A stretch of DNA of 64,000 nucleotides from the NCBI RefSeq assembly GCF_009914755.1, contig NC_060935.1, one strand, 5' to 3'. Origin of the DNA: the human T2T-CHM13v2.0 reference genome, Homo sapiens. Positions 1 through 13,490 of the stretch are shown here, piece by piece (position 1 is the first letter of the stretch; every line of letters begins with the position of its first letter). The notes under the pieces were generated by a model. The model was not told the origin of the DNA, did not search any database, and saw nothing but the letters and a program-made list of their open reading frames with translations. Both the position numbers and the translations under genes were made by a program.

Positions 1-209
<209 letters not shown>

Positions 210-316
210 CTAAGGAATTGGACAATATATTAGAATACAGCCATATGATGGTCTGGAGTAAAGATGATTAATAAATGTATTGTAGAAGAATTCATTATAA
301 ATAATATGTAATAAAT

Positions 317-626
317 AGGGCACGGTGGCTCATGCCTGTAATCTGAGCACTTCGGAGGCCAAGGCAGAAGGGTTGCTGGAGGCCAAGAGTTTAAGACCAG
401 CCTAGGCAACATAGTGAGACAGTCTCTATAAAGAATTTTTTAAAAATTAGCTGGGCATGGTGGCGCACACCTGTAGTCCCAGTTACTCAGGAGGCTGAGG
501 CAGAAGGATTTTTTTGAGCAGAATAATTCTAAGATGCTGTGAGCTGTGACAGTGCCACTGTACTCCAGCCTGGATGACAGAGTGAGACTCTGACACAAGA
601 AACAAAACAAAACAAACAACAACAAA
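317..626 (+). mobile_element. Alu (AluJ-like)
   Basis: Diverged dimeric Alu with (CAAAA)n tail. Confidence 0.9.
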
Positions 627-682
627 ATAATACATATACTATGATATCATTTATAAAAAGATAAACATCTATATTTGCATTG

Positions 683-893
683 ACATGGACGCAGGGAGGG
701 GAACATTACACACCGGGGCCTGTGGCGGGGTGGGGGGCTAGAGGAGGGATAGCATTAGGAGAAATACCTAATGTAGATGATGGGTTAATGGGTGCAGAAA
801 AACACCATGGCACATGTATACCTATGTAACAAACCTGCACGTTCTGCACATGTATCCCAGAACTTAAAGTATAATAATAATAATAATAAAAAA
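683..893 (+). mobile_element. L1PA 3' end fragment
   Basis: gggagggatagcattaggagaaatacctaatgtagatg...cccagaacttaaagtataataa is the typical primate L1 3' UTR end. Confidence 0.92.
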
Positions 894-989
894 ATCTTGG
901 TGTAATGTTGGACAACAAAAAAAAAAAGGAAGAGAAGGACTAAGAAGAAATAGATCAAAATGATTACTTGGTAGTGGGATCACTGGTAA

Positions 990-1160
990 GTTTTTAATTT
1001 TCATGGGTACATAGTAGATGTATATATTTCTGGGGTACACGAGATGCTTTAATACAGGCATACAGTGTGAAATAATCACATCATGGAGAATGGGGCATCC
1101 ATGCCCTCAAGCATTTATCCTGTGTGTATTACAAACAATCCAATTACACTCTTAGTTATA
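990..1160 (-). mobile_element. L1MA-type 3' end fragment
   Basis: gggtacatagtagatgtatatatt...catccatgccctcaagcatttatcc matches an antisense L1M 3' end. Confidence 0.7.
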
Positions 1161-3580
1161 TTGGTGATTTTTATTCTTGTGCTTTTATAATGAGAAATAT
1201 ACCAATAATCCAATAACCATTTGCAACTCGATGTTAGGGCAAGTTATCCTTGCTTAGCTGGGTCAGCTCCTCTTTCCTTCTAGTGCAATGGAGAATACTC
1301 CTGGGAGACTCGGTGCATTAATGCTCGTACTGTGGGTATTGGCAAAAGAGACATGGAGCGAGTTGGTCTAATGTTATACAGGAAAATGTTTATGCTTTCA
1401 GGATTTGGCACCTTGAGGTCAGTCCTTTCCATTATGACCTTCAATATTACACCAGTAAAATATTCTCTAATTTGCAAATTAAAGTATTTCTTACAAAACC
1501 CTCAGGGATGAATTAGTAAGTGCATCACAACCCTCCTCTACCTCCTTAAGCTTCACCCTCTTCTAGAAAATAATGTCTTATAAAAGATGATAGTTTTCTC
1601 CCTTTTAGGAAGTCAGGGCTGGTAAGGCATTCCAATGGTTAGGGATTTCAGCAATTTCTATCTCGTTGCTTTGCTCAGCACATTGATTCCTCTTCATAGT
1701 CCAAGCTCCAGCCATCATAGAACATTCCAGCCAGCAGGAAAGCAGAGAGGAAAGGGGGGCATGCCCCAAGGTCATGGGGCAACACTTCCATTACACCCAT
1801 TGTCCAGAAGCTGGTCATATGGCCACTGCAAGGGAGGATTCTGGAAGGCTGGGAAATGTAGTCCTTATTCTATATGGCTCAGCTAAAAGTTGGCATCCAA
1901 TTTTTAAGGAAAAAAGAGAAAATGCCCTGGAGAGCATGCAGCAGCCTCTGCCACAATCATACATGTGGGCATCACAGGGAGACATGTGTCAGAGAAGACA
2001 AACCAAGTGTAACAGTTTTCATCTCTTTTGCATCCACTCAACCTAGAAAGCATTTCCTGGTGCTCACATTTATTTGAAAACACTCTATATACTACAGAAT
2101 TCTGAGATGTGGCCTCTGGGGAAGAAATAAAACAGCTGCAGCAAATAAAGCAGATGGGAATTAAGAATGCTGGAGGAGCTCCAAAATACAATCCCATTGT
2201 CCACTAAGTGCCCACCCTACAAAGAATGTGCTCCAAAATAGAAACTTTATGAAACTTTGAAGCATTTGATTAATGTAAGCCTTCATGAATAATGCAAGGC
2301 TGTGTGCCAGGGTTTCATGTGAAGCTGAGAGAGGAGAAAGATTAGCATGCGCATTTTGGCTTTAAAGAAAATTAAGAAAAATTCACAAAGGGAACTCAAG
2401 CATTTGGGGGCAAGAGGTGTTGCCACTAAAATGGCTTCTGCAGACATGCCCCCTGCAGTGGTGGAGGGGGGCGGGTGCTCAGCAAACACTGGCTGGCTCG
2501 CCAGGGAGATTCCCTGCCACAGGGTAGGTACGGTTCACCCTCCTAAGGGCCCCCCAGGTCCAGTCCTGTATGCAGTTGGGTAGGACAGTCAGGGCCAGTC
2601 ATGCATGTGGCTGCAGGCAGGCCCTGAAGATTCCTCTTTCCCCTGAAAATATCTTTCCCACCTACAGGTTTCTGGAACTAGATCTTCCTCCCTCAGATAT
2701 TCTTTATGTTAATGAATTGTCTTCTGTAGAAATGCAAAGATCTTTTGGAAGGGCTGTACACAGGTATCGCTTCAAAATACAACCCTTTCTATTCTGCCCC
2801 TAAAATGTGTTTTACACATTTTATTATGAAATATTTAATACTCACAAAAGGTATAAAGAATTTTTCATGGTCATAAGTTAAAAGCGAAAAAGAATATGTA
2901 TAGTTTAGGAACTACCTGAGTACACATTACCCAGCTTAATATATAAAATATTATCAATGGAGTTGAAGCCCCTTTGACTTCCCCAGTCACATTTCCTTTC
3001 CTGCCCCTAAAAGTAGCTGCCGTCTTGAATATAATGTGCATGATTCCCAAGCATGGGATGTTGCAGGAATTTATGATCTGGCCACTCACCCCCATACATC
3101 CTGCCCTTCTACTGGTTTAGGCCATTATCATTTTTCACCAAAGCCATTCATTCAGCACACATCAAACACTACTCTCGGCCAGGCACCATGACCACTGTTT
3201 CCTACCTAGTATCCTTGCCTCCAGTGTTTCTCTCCATCCGATTTACCTCCCACATTGCAGTCACAATATTATATCTCTGCTCAAGAACTTCATATGGCTC
3301 CCTACTGCCTATATGCTAAAGTCCAAGCTCTTTAACACGGCATCCAATTCCATGTGAACACATTACTAGGGCCACTCCCAGAGCCTTGGAAGGGTTAGGG
3401 TAAGGATTAAGGTGGGGTTAGGGTTAACACTAATTTCACAGTAAATGGGCTTCTGTACACATTTGCATGGCTGCAATAATACATTCCTGTGGTGTGTCTT
3501 CTCATTTTAGTGGAAGAAATTGAACAGACTTGTTCAAATCACAGCTCTGCTTTTTGCCAGACCTTGGGCAAATTGCTTTG

Positions 3581-3948
3581 TGCATTAGTCTGTTCTCACA
3601 CTGCTGTAAAGATATTATCTGAGGCTGGGTCATTTATCAAGGAAAGATGTTTAATTGACTCACAGTTCCACATGGCAGGGGAGGCCTCAGGAAACTTACA
3701 ATCATGGTGGAAGGTGAAGGGGAAGCAGGTACTTGTAAGACAGCAGGAGAGAGACAGCATGAGGTGGGGAAGTGCTGAACACTTTTAAACCATCAGATCT
3801 CATGAGAACTCCCTCTCTATCACAAGAACAGCATAGGGGAAACTGCCCCCATGATCCAATCACCTCCCACCAGATACCTCTCACGGCATGTGGAGATTAC
3901 AATTCGAGATGAGATTTGGGTGGGGACACAGAGCTAAATCATATATCA
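3581..3948 (-). mobile_element. MaLR solo LTR (MSTA/THE1D-like)
   Basis: tgcattagtctgttctcacactgct...gagatttgggtggggacacagagc...atatca. Confidence 0.88.
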
Positions 3949-5678
3949 ATATCACTTTGCCTCTTCGAGTTTTCATTTCCTAATAGAGATAAGCACATCT
4001 ATGAAAGAGACTGTTAACTAATCACCAAAATCCCTTTTGTCCTTCTTCTATAGGTCTAAGATTGTAGCTAAGATATTGCTACCCAGGTAAGGACCATATT
4101 TCTCAAATTCTTGCCAAGTCTGGGATTTGATTCTACCTTACTGAAAGCTAATATGTTAGCTTCTGACTGTTTCACTGGTGCTAATGGAAGACACAAGACC
4201 CTTAGGTCAGAGACAAAGGAGTTTAGTACTCATGACACATCAAGCAGCAGGAACATCAGCATATTTGCATTGGTTCTTCTTGCCCTGGGTCTTATGGGGG
4301 ATAATACAATGGCCCCAGATGGATGTTATGCATGCAGAGTGTTTGTGTTGCAACTGAGGAGCACCAAGCTTGGGGAATCCATCACTTTTATAGTAAGCAA
4401 TAAGCAAGCCTATTCATTGTCCCTGGTGGTGTGTGTGTCATAGGGAAGGATAAGTAGATGTAATTTCATTTCCTAAGGTAATTGTCTGTATAAACAACCC
4501 TAAGAAATAGCCAGAATAAAAGAGCAGTGAGATCCTTGAAGTTCTGGTATATTCAGCAAGACATGTAGGAATGCAAGAGGTCCAAGGAGGACTCTCTCCC
4601 AACAGCTCTTTTGAAACTTGATATGGCCATGTCACTTAGACTTCTGCATTAGAATATGAGGGGCAAGATATGTGTCCCTTGTGGGAAGACACCTTAAAAC
4701 GAGGCTATGCCTCATTTAATTCCTCTTTCCCCTTTGTGTTTGCTGGTTAATGGCAATGACAAGAGAGATTTTGGAAGACAAGTGTTGAAAAAGCTGCCAT
4801 CAGCCTGAGTCCAGGATGACTGTGCACAGAAGGGTTGCCCATCAACTTAGAACATTCACTTCAAATTGTCACGTGCGTGAGACATACACTTTTTATTCTG
4901 CAAGCTGTCTGGAAACGTCATTTGTTACAGTGACTCAGTATATCCTTCACTAATAAAACATCTCATGCAGAAGGGTTGCAAGGATTAAATGAAATTCCAA
5001 TGGCTAAAGTTTGTGCACAGCTAACTCTGGGCCAGGGTCTTGCTAAAAGCTTGAGTGTGTTATTTCATTAAATAATTACAATAATCTTTCAAAGTAGGTG
5101 TCATCATCTCCATTTCATAATTGGAGATCAAAGACATTAAAAAATATTCTTAAGCTTCAAGGATGAAACAGTAGCAGAACTGGGACCAAATTCAGGGCTG
5201 ACCAATGCCAAGCCCATGATTGTCTTCAGTGTGCCACATGTTTTCCAGGGTTTCAATTTTAGGTTCCAGGTTCTCTCTCTTTCTCCCTCTCTCTCTTCTC
5301 ACTCTCTCTCTTTAGCCATCCCACCTACCGTTGATCCCTCCTCTCTTCTTTTTCTCTCTCCTTCCGCCATTTCTTCATATTGAATTATATTTTCATACCA
5401 GATAGCATACTGGAATGCAAAAAATAACTCCAGTCAGGAGCTCTGATTTTTGGTTTCAGCTTCCGCAAATCCTAGCTGTGAGTACTTGGTCAATCATTTA
5501 ATCGCTCTGAGCCTGAGTTTTCCGGTCAGAGTAAAATAGATAGATCAGTAATAGTTGTCTTACCTATCTTACATGATAGCCAGAAGGTTCAATTAAAATA
5601 CATTGCATTGAAAGTCTTTACAAATTGAAAAACATTCTAGAAATGGCAGGTGTTACTCTTTACCCCCATCCCATATGC

Positions 5679-5863
5679 CAGTAGTTCACAAAGTATAGTC
5701 CCTGGACAGCAGCATCAGCGTCACTGGGAGCTTGTTAGAAGTGCAAATTGTTAGGCTCCACCCAGACCTGCTGAATTATGAAATCTGGGGGTTGGGTCCA
5801 GGAAACTGTGTTTGTTAAGTTCTCCAGGTGATTCTGATGCACACTGAATTTTGAGAACCACTG
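5679..5863. mobile_element. MER5A hAT-Charlie MITE
   Basis: cagtagttcacaaa...ttgagaaccactg terminal inverted repeats, ~185 bp. Confidence 0.88.
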
Positions 5864-6946
5864 TCACACATGCTTGGACATACGTTCACAGGCACACACA
5901 CTCATATTCAGGTAAAATCAAGTTAAAATAAATATTAAATAAAAAAGAAGCCATATAAGAGCTGCCTGTGGATGGTGTTTGGGAGAAGGAGGTAGTGAGC
6001 CGTGCTAAGAAGAGGCTTGGGAGGAAGGAGTGAGATATCCTTGCCATTGCAAGGATAAGTGTCAGGCCTCTTAGTTCAGTGGAATTTCTCTCCTCTTCCT
6101 CCCGAGTTGGTGCTGTGAGCCCCACTATAGCAACTGGATGAGGAGCAGGAAATGTGGGTCTTAAGGAAATAACTCAATATTTTTAGGATTCTTTCCATTG
6201 TAAATAAGAGAAACCCATCACAAACAGTTTTGGTCAAAAATGAACACTTATCGGCTTACAAAATTTAAAAGTCCAGAGGTAGATTGGCTTCATGCATAAG
6301 ACAGATTCTGGGTCTCAAACGTCATTGGAATCTATTTCTCTCATTGTGCTGGCTCTAATTTTCCCTGTTATTTTCATCACTCTTGGGGTCTTCTCTTGCA
6401 GTGGTAAAAATAGCCAAAAGCCTTCTAAGGCCCATGTTTGATTTGTTTAGCCACTCCCATATAAGAAGGAGTGACTTTTTCCCCATGGTTCCAACAGAAA
6501 TCCTAGGCTGACTCTCTTTGATCCTGCTTGGGGCACTGGACCAATTAACATGACTCTGATTGGCCAGACCTAGGTCATCCCCAATCCTGGAATCTGGCAA
6601 GGCCACACGAACTGGGTCCTGAATTATCTGATAGAGCAGAGGTATCTTGAACTGCTCACTTTAGGACTGCCTAGTGAGAGACACATAACATTTCTCTTTT
6701 ATTTAAGCCAGTGTGTTTTTGGGTTTCTTTGTTCTAGCAGCTTAGCCTGCATGCTAACATACCCTGTACCAAGGAAGCAGTGTGGGAAAATGGACTGATT
6801 ATTTAGAGATCTGGGATCTCATTAGTTCTACAATTTGCTGTGATGTGACCAGTTTCTTCTTGTGTAAAATAAGCCATGCGGATTGAATCTGGGATGCAGG
6901 AAAATGGAATTCATCTTGAGCAGAATGGGGAAAATAATCGTATTTA

Positions 6947-7278
6947 CAGTCACTCCTCTGTATCTGTGGGTTCTGCATCTGTGGATGCAACCAATCATGG
7001 ATCAAAAATATTCGTGAGAAAAACAATAAAAAATAACAATACTACTATAAAAATGGTAAGAACCAATATAGTATTACATCTATTTACATAGCATTTATGT
7101 TGCATTGGGTGTTATAAGTCATGAGACTTACATAGAGATGATTTAAAGTACACATGAAGATGCACATAGGTGATACGCAAATACTACGTCACTTTCAATA
7201 AGGGACTTGAGCATCTGTGGATTTGGGTATCTGTAGGGGTCCTGGAGCTAATCTCCCATGGATACAGAGAGAAGATTG
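6947..7278. mobile_element. Tigger-derived MITE (Tigger3a/MER2-like) inserted in a MIR
   Basis: TA-flanked cagtc...gattg termini; characteristic gtatctgtgggttctgcatctgtggat sequence. Confidence 0.82.
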
Positions 7279-8277
7279 TACTTCATAGGGTTGTGAGAAT
7301 TAGAGGAGCTAATGCCTAGGGCCTGAGACACAACAGATGCCCTATAAGTATGAACTATATTCATTATTATAAGGTCTGCCCTGACTGACTGCAGGAGGCT
7401 GCCCGGAAGGCTGAGTTGACAAGCCTATAAATCCCCACCAGGACCACATCAGAGCTCACTGGAAATGAGCACCATTGTCAGCCAGCAGTGTTATCCATGG
7501 ACACAGGACAGGGAGTTCCTTGTAATGGAGGAGGCCCCTTCCCTTCCAACTTTAGAGAATGGTATATATTTATACTAAGCCAGCTTAGAAGTGTCCTCTT
7601 TTCCCCTTTTCCCTATACTACCCACACCACCAGGGGCTTCAGGTAAAACACAAACATAAGAGTCCCTGACAGCCTTTCACTCCCTGGCAGTTCTTTTCTC
7701 CACCCACTTTCTCATTTTCTGGGCCGAACTCTTGAATCCGGAGACTCCAGACTTATGAGAGATGCCTAGACTTCTCCAGCTTCTCTTTTTAAATTGTTTT
7801 TACTTCCCTCTCGTTCTGACTCAAATCTCATCTCAGGGACTGGAAATTGCTGTGTTAAATGATATTGTCAGCCTGGTCTTTGAAGGATGCGTTTCTAGGA
7901 CCGTGGCCTCCCCACAGGTCCAATCCCATTTGGGGTGATTCTGCCTCTGCTGGTTCCACTAGCCTAAGAAGTTCTGGGTCCAAAGAGGAGCCTCCATGGG
8001 GGTTCTGGTCTGCTGAGAACCCAATCACTAACACAATTTAGAAAATAACCCAAGTCAGATAATCCAAATCTGAAATCCCATCCCCAATCCCTAATTGTAT
8101 GCAGGGAAATGTCTTATTTTGACCATTTTCAAAAGTCACAGAAAGTGTGGAAATGATGTATGAGTGAGGGCTCAATTGAAGAAAATAAAATCCAACTAGT
8201 TTAAATGGGATCGTTTGCAGAGGCTAAATCCACTCCAACAGCCCTATTCTTAAATCTTTCGATTCCTTCTTCTATAT

Positions 8278-8498
8278 TGGAGTTGGCAAACTATGGCCTG
8301 CTTTTGTAAATAACACTGCCACCTGTTTGTGTAAGCAAAGCTTGATTGGAACACAGCCACGCCCGTTCATGTACATATTGTCTATGGCTGCTCTAGCACT
8401 TCTGACAGTGGAGTTTAGTTACAGCAAAGACCTCATGGTTCACAAAGCCCAAAACTTTTACTGCCTGTCTTTTTTTCAGAAAAAGTTTGCCAATTCCT
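8278..8498. mobile_element. MER58A-like hAT element
   Basis: gttggcaaactatggcc...ggaacacagccacgccc...aaagtttgccaattcctg. Confidence 0.8.
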
Positions 8499-9145
8499 GT
8501 TCTATATTATATCAACTTCACTTAGCACAGGCCACCATCAGCCAACGAAGCTAACAACTGCTCCCATACACCCATGTGTGTACTTACTCTAGTAGCTCTG
8601 GAAGTGGCACCCATAGCAACGACTTCAGTCTGAACTGTAGTTATGCTCCTCCCTCCATGGTCTAGCATCCTCCACATCCCTTTCCACACCCATGGATAGG
8701 AGAGACAGATGATTTTTTTTTAGGGCAGCTGTAGACGCATCTTGGTTCTCAGACAGAGCCAGGAATATACAGCTCTGAGCCTGTCGTTTTCTTTCTGTAA
8801 ACTCTCTTAGTCTGTTAGTTGAAGTCAGTCAGTCCCATTGTGCCGTTGGCAGTAGGGAGTCCTTTTCTACCATGAGGAGAATGTATGAGAAGTGGAGACA
8901 GTACAACTGGAGAGCCTGTACTGATGGAATATGGGCACCACTACTCAGCTCCAGCTAATGATTGTTACAGTGGAATGCAAACCTGTGTTGTCAAATCTTC
9001 TGATTTGTCAAGAGAGGCTGGAAATATTGTTTTGTTTTGTTTTAACAGGCAGTCATTGCACACTGAGGTTTAAGGCTTTACTTGTTGGTGATCTTGGGCA
9101 AGTTTGTGTGCTTTTCTTAAGCTTGGTGTCCTAAGCTGTCCAGTG

Positions 9146-9298
9146 AAAGAAAGGAAGAAAGGAAAGAAGGAAGGAAGGGAGGGAGGGAGAAGGAAGCAAG
9201 GAAGGAAGGGACGGAGGGAGGGAGGGAGGGAGGAAGAAAGGAAGGAAGGAAGGAAGGAAGGAAGGAAGGAAGGAAGGAAGGAAGGAAGGAAGGGAAGG
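9146..9298 (+). repeat. Purine-rich microsatellite including (GGAA)13
   Basis: Perfect GGAA run at 9240-9291. Confidence 0.95.
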
Positions 9299-10198
9299 AC
9301 TATATCTTGTAAGGGTTTTGTGACACTTATGTGTGATAATTCATATCAAGTTCTAAGAATGGAGTCCGGCTTGTACAGAGCACATGATCAGCAATTGCTA
9401 GCCTCCTGTTTTTCACTAGGCACTGGAGGAGGCACTAGATGGGGATTCCATCTTTCTTGTCTGCCTCTATTCGGAGTGAAGAATGTTCTATTTTCATGGC
9501 AGGACTGCAGAGCCCACCTGGAAGAGAGCTCCAGGGTCCACGCGAAAGTCTCTAGAGCTCCTTCTATGACGGGGTGAGATAGACACACCCAAGGAACTGC
9601 CCCAAACAACATCTATGGCAGACTTTTGTTAGGGGAGAGAAATAAATAAGTAAAGAGAAAAAGAAGTAAAGCAGGAAGGAAAGAAAGGAAGGAGAAGGAA
9701 AGAAAGAAGAGGAGGAAAAAGGAGGGGAGAAACTAGACTCAGTAAAAATCAAAGCATAGAAACATTGTAATTAATGTATAGGAATAGACTGTAGATGTAT
9801 GGTGTAGGAATATTAAAAAAGTACTAAGCAAGACTCATGTTGCAGATTATAATTAATAATAGGTAAAGGTATTTAAGATTTATTGTTAAGTTTAAAAAGC
9901 AAGTTATAAAATAATGTATATTGAATGATATCAATAGCATATATGAATTTACATATATCCAACTAGAAAAAAGACTGGAAGGAAAGCCAACAAAATATAA
10001 AAAATGGTTATCTCTGGGTGACAGAATTATGGATGACTTTTGTTTTGTTTTACTTCTGTGAACTTCCTAAGTTGTCTTCAATGAACCTGTGTAACTTGTG
10101 TAGTAAGACAAAATGGGAATTATGAAAAATAATCATTTTGATTGCGAAGCCACTGGTTGGATAGCTGAACCCTGAGTTTCAAATACTTTTTCAATCTT

Positions 10199-10212
10199 CC
10201 AGCAGGTGGCGC
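10199..10212 (+). promoter_or_regulatory. CTCF core motif
   Basis: CCAGCAGGTGGCGC matches the consensus CCASYAGRKGGCRS at every position. Confidence 0.7.
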
Positions 10213-11553
10213 AATGGCAATGTCCGCCTCCTTGGGAGAATTTCACTCCACAATTAACAGAATCTCAGATCTCAGCCCACGCCAGCCATGGAGCAGAGGG
10301 CTTATTCTCTGGCGGGGAGGGGGAACTTGAAAGAAAACACTCAAACCCAGAAGCTGCCCACACTCAGATTGCTGGCCCTATGGCTCAGTTCTTCCCACAG
10401 TAGGAGAGACAAGGTTTTAGGGTAAATGCAATGATACAGGCAGAAGAAATATGTTTTCTCTTCCTCCCTTACCCTCCCTATCCCCCGTAATTTGGCCCTA
10501 GGCAAAGTTCAAATTCGTCTTTTTGGTGGGCATTTCTAGATTGCATTGGATTTGCAGCTCATTCAAGCCCTAATGGTAAGTGAGAGTTTGGGCTCAAAGG
10601 TGAAGGAAAAAAGCAGATAATCATCTTATCCACAATGCTGTATGGTTAGAGGATCTTTAATGTAGAGCACACCTTGTGCATGAAGATGGTGGACATGCTG
10701 GCCAGCCATCGGCTGTTGGGGAGCGCTGAAGGCAAAAGGAGCCTGTGGCCGGGTTAACCAGTCTACCAGGAGTGAATGAGACAGAATCTCTCCAGGCTTG
10801 GACACCACAGGAGGCTGGGCTATTCATAGCCAGGGTACAGCCTTAGCTTGATCTGGAAGTGAAGAAACCCTCAGAGAAGTCAGCCGCACTCCATCACTTT
10901 GAATTTTGTTTTAAATCTTAAATTTGCCCACGTCCAAGAAAACCACTCCAAAGGGAATCCAGCAGGGGAAAAGCCACCAGAGTCCACCAAAACGGTCCAC
11001 ATTCCCCCCAGATCCACACGCACACATACCATCTGGAAACAAGTAATGCTCTGGGCCTTCTATGCTATTTCTCAAAGCTCTTCAGTAAGCCTCCAGTGCC
11101 CTTCTCCGTAATGACATGGAAGAAAAAGAAAAGAAACGAGGGAAGAAAGAAAGGAGGGGAGGGAGGAAAAGGACTACCGCAGCTCATCTTGGCAGAAAGA
11201 AGCTAGCAGACTCCTCCCTCCTTCCCCAGAAGTTTTCACTTACTGATTCATCCCCATTGTGATCTAGATGCCGTCACAGAGGACCTGCTTGCATGGGGGC
11301 ACTCACCTAGGTTTTGAGAAAAGTCAATCAAAGCCCTTGACATACAGGAGCTTTCTATTTCAGACAATCCAGATGATCAGAAGAAACCACATAAAATGAC
11401 AGGGAACAAGGATCTGGAAGTAACTGCATGTGTCTCTCCCTTCATCCTACAGATGTTCATTCTAACTCTCTCTCTCTCGGACACACACACACACAGACAT
11501 ATGTGCACACGAACACACACATTCCCTGGGGTGCTACAGTAGTAGGGAATGCA

Positions 11554-11941
11554 TGCTATGGTTTAAATTTGTACCCAAGATTTATGTGTTGGAAACTTAA
11601 TCCCCAGTGCAACTGCAGTGTAGGGGGGTGGGGACCTTTAAGAGGTGATTAGGTCATGAGGATGCTGTTCTACTAGACTAATGTCACTTTCATAGGAGTA
11701 GATTTGTTATCAAGAGAGTGGTTTGTTATAAAAGCGAGTTTGTCCCTCTCTTGTGCTTTCTCTCCCTCTCCCTGTCTCACCCTCTTGCCCTTCACCATGG
11801 GATGATGCAGCAAGAAAGTCCTTCTCAGATGCTAGCACCTTGATATTCCCACTCCCAGAACCGTGAGAAATATATTTCTTATCTTTATAAATTATCCGGT
11901 TTGTGGTATTCTGTTATAGCAACATAAAATAGACTAAGACA
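11554..11941 (+). mobile_element. MaLR solo LTR (MSTB/MSTD-like)
   Basis: tgctatggtttaaat...gtattctgttatagcaaca...gactaagaca. Confidence 0.85.
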
Positions 11942-12779
11942 TCACACAATAAAAACAGCAACAAAATAATGAACACATATAAGGCTATATACTAACAAGT
12001 TTAGCTTAAAAGTTAAGCACTTTGGAGTCCCTCGGCCTGGGTTTAAAGCCAGCCCTGCTGCCTTCTAGTGGAACATCTCAAACAAATTACCCAAAGTTTT
12101 TGAATCTTAGTCTGTACATCCGTTAAATGATAATAATAATAATGGCTACAAGTCACACTATTACAGAGAGGATTCAATGAGATCTTGCATATAGAGCCCT
12201 TGGTGCAGTGCCTGGCTGTGACCAGCACTCAGTATGTATTGACTATTGCTGTTTTCTGAAAGCATATTGATAACGGGGCAGTTTGGGATTGCCAGGCTGG
12301 AGTTTGTTGATGGAAAGGAAATTTTATCAAGGGCAGTGATGTCCAGTGACAAGACTGTTTGGCACTGAAATCATTTTACAAGGAGCTTCAGTATGCTTTA
12401 AAATAGAACCCAACACATTCTTGCCACAGGGGTCCAAAGTGGCTATCTGTAAAAAGCAGTGTGATTAATTAGCTGAAAGGGTCAGGTGATCTTCAAACTA
12501 ATGAACCAATGTGGCCCAAGAACCAATCAATCAGAAAGAACCCTGGCTCTAGAGCCAAAGCAGCCCCCTGGACATCCCTGGCGTGCCAGGCCCCTTCTCT
12601 TGGATTCCAGGGAGTCCAGGGGACCCAGAGAAGAGGATGGGCAGCAGTGACACAGATGGGCACTTGGCAGTGACTACAGACCAGCTGATACAGATATATT
12701 TCAGTATTTTAATAACCTGCATGGACATGCCGGTGCATCCTGGCTGAACATGAGCTCTAGGTCAAGATATGAATTTCAT

Positions 12780-13078
12780 CCAGGAGCAGTGGCTCATGCC
12801 TGTAATCTCAGCACTTTGGGAGGCCGAGGTGGGCGGATCACTTGAGGTCAGGAGTTCAAGACCAGCCTGGCCAACATGGTAAAACACTGTCTATACTAAA
12901 AATACAAAAATTAGCTGGGTGTGGTGGCATGCACCTGTAGTCCCAGCTACTCAGGAAGCTGAGGCAGGAGAATCACTTGAACTCGGGAGGCCGAGGTTGC
13001 AGACAGCCGAGATCACATCACCACGCTCCAGACTGGGCAACAGAGTGAGACTTCATCTCAAAGAAAACAAAAAAAAAG
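12780..13078 (+). mobile_element. Alu (AluS-like)
   Basis: Full dimer with A tail. Confidence 0.93.
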
Positions 13079-13412
13079 ATATGCATTTCAATCCCACCCC
13101 AACCTGAGTGTTTCTTAGTCCATTAGCCAGGAATGACACAGCAAGAAAGAGATCCATGGAGAAGGTTCGAATTGATTCAGTAGAAAGAAATCTTTCCCTA
13201 ATTCTGGAAGAACAACTCAATGTCAAAATGGTACATGGTTGCTTCCTATTCTTGTGTAGCTGGTGGAGGCTTAAGTATTCAGAGCCCCACCTTCTAGCTA
13301 CTGAGAGTCCAGGAGAGAGCTATTTCCAGTGACGATGAAAGGATCGCCCACTAGCACACAGGGATCTGCTGAGGTGGGCTTGGTTCACAGGGGTGAGGAA
13401 GATGACAGGAAG

Positions 13413-13490
13413 GAACTCCTGACCTCAAGTGATCTGCCCTCCTCAGCCTCCCAAAGTGCTGGGATTACAGGCAAGAGCCACCGTGCCTGG
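13413..13490 (-). mobile_element. Alu 5'-end fragment (~80 bp)
   Basis: gaactcctgacctcaagtgatctgccc...gagccaccgtgcctgg, with no tail. Confidence 0.85.

Noticed and set aside
9104-9577. 157-aa ORF with RKEG repeats
   Set aside because: Translation of the GGAA microsatellite.
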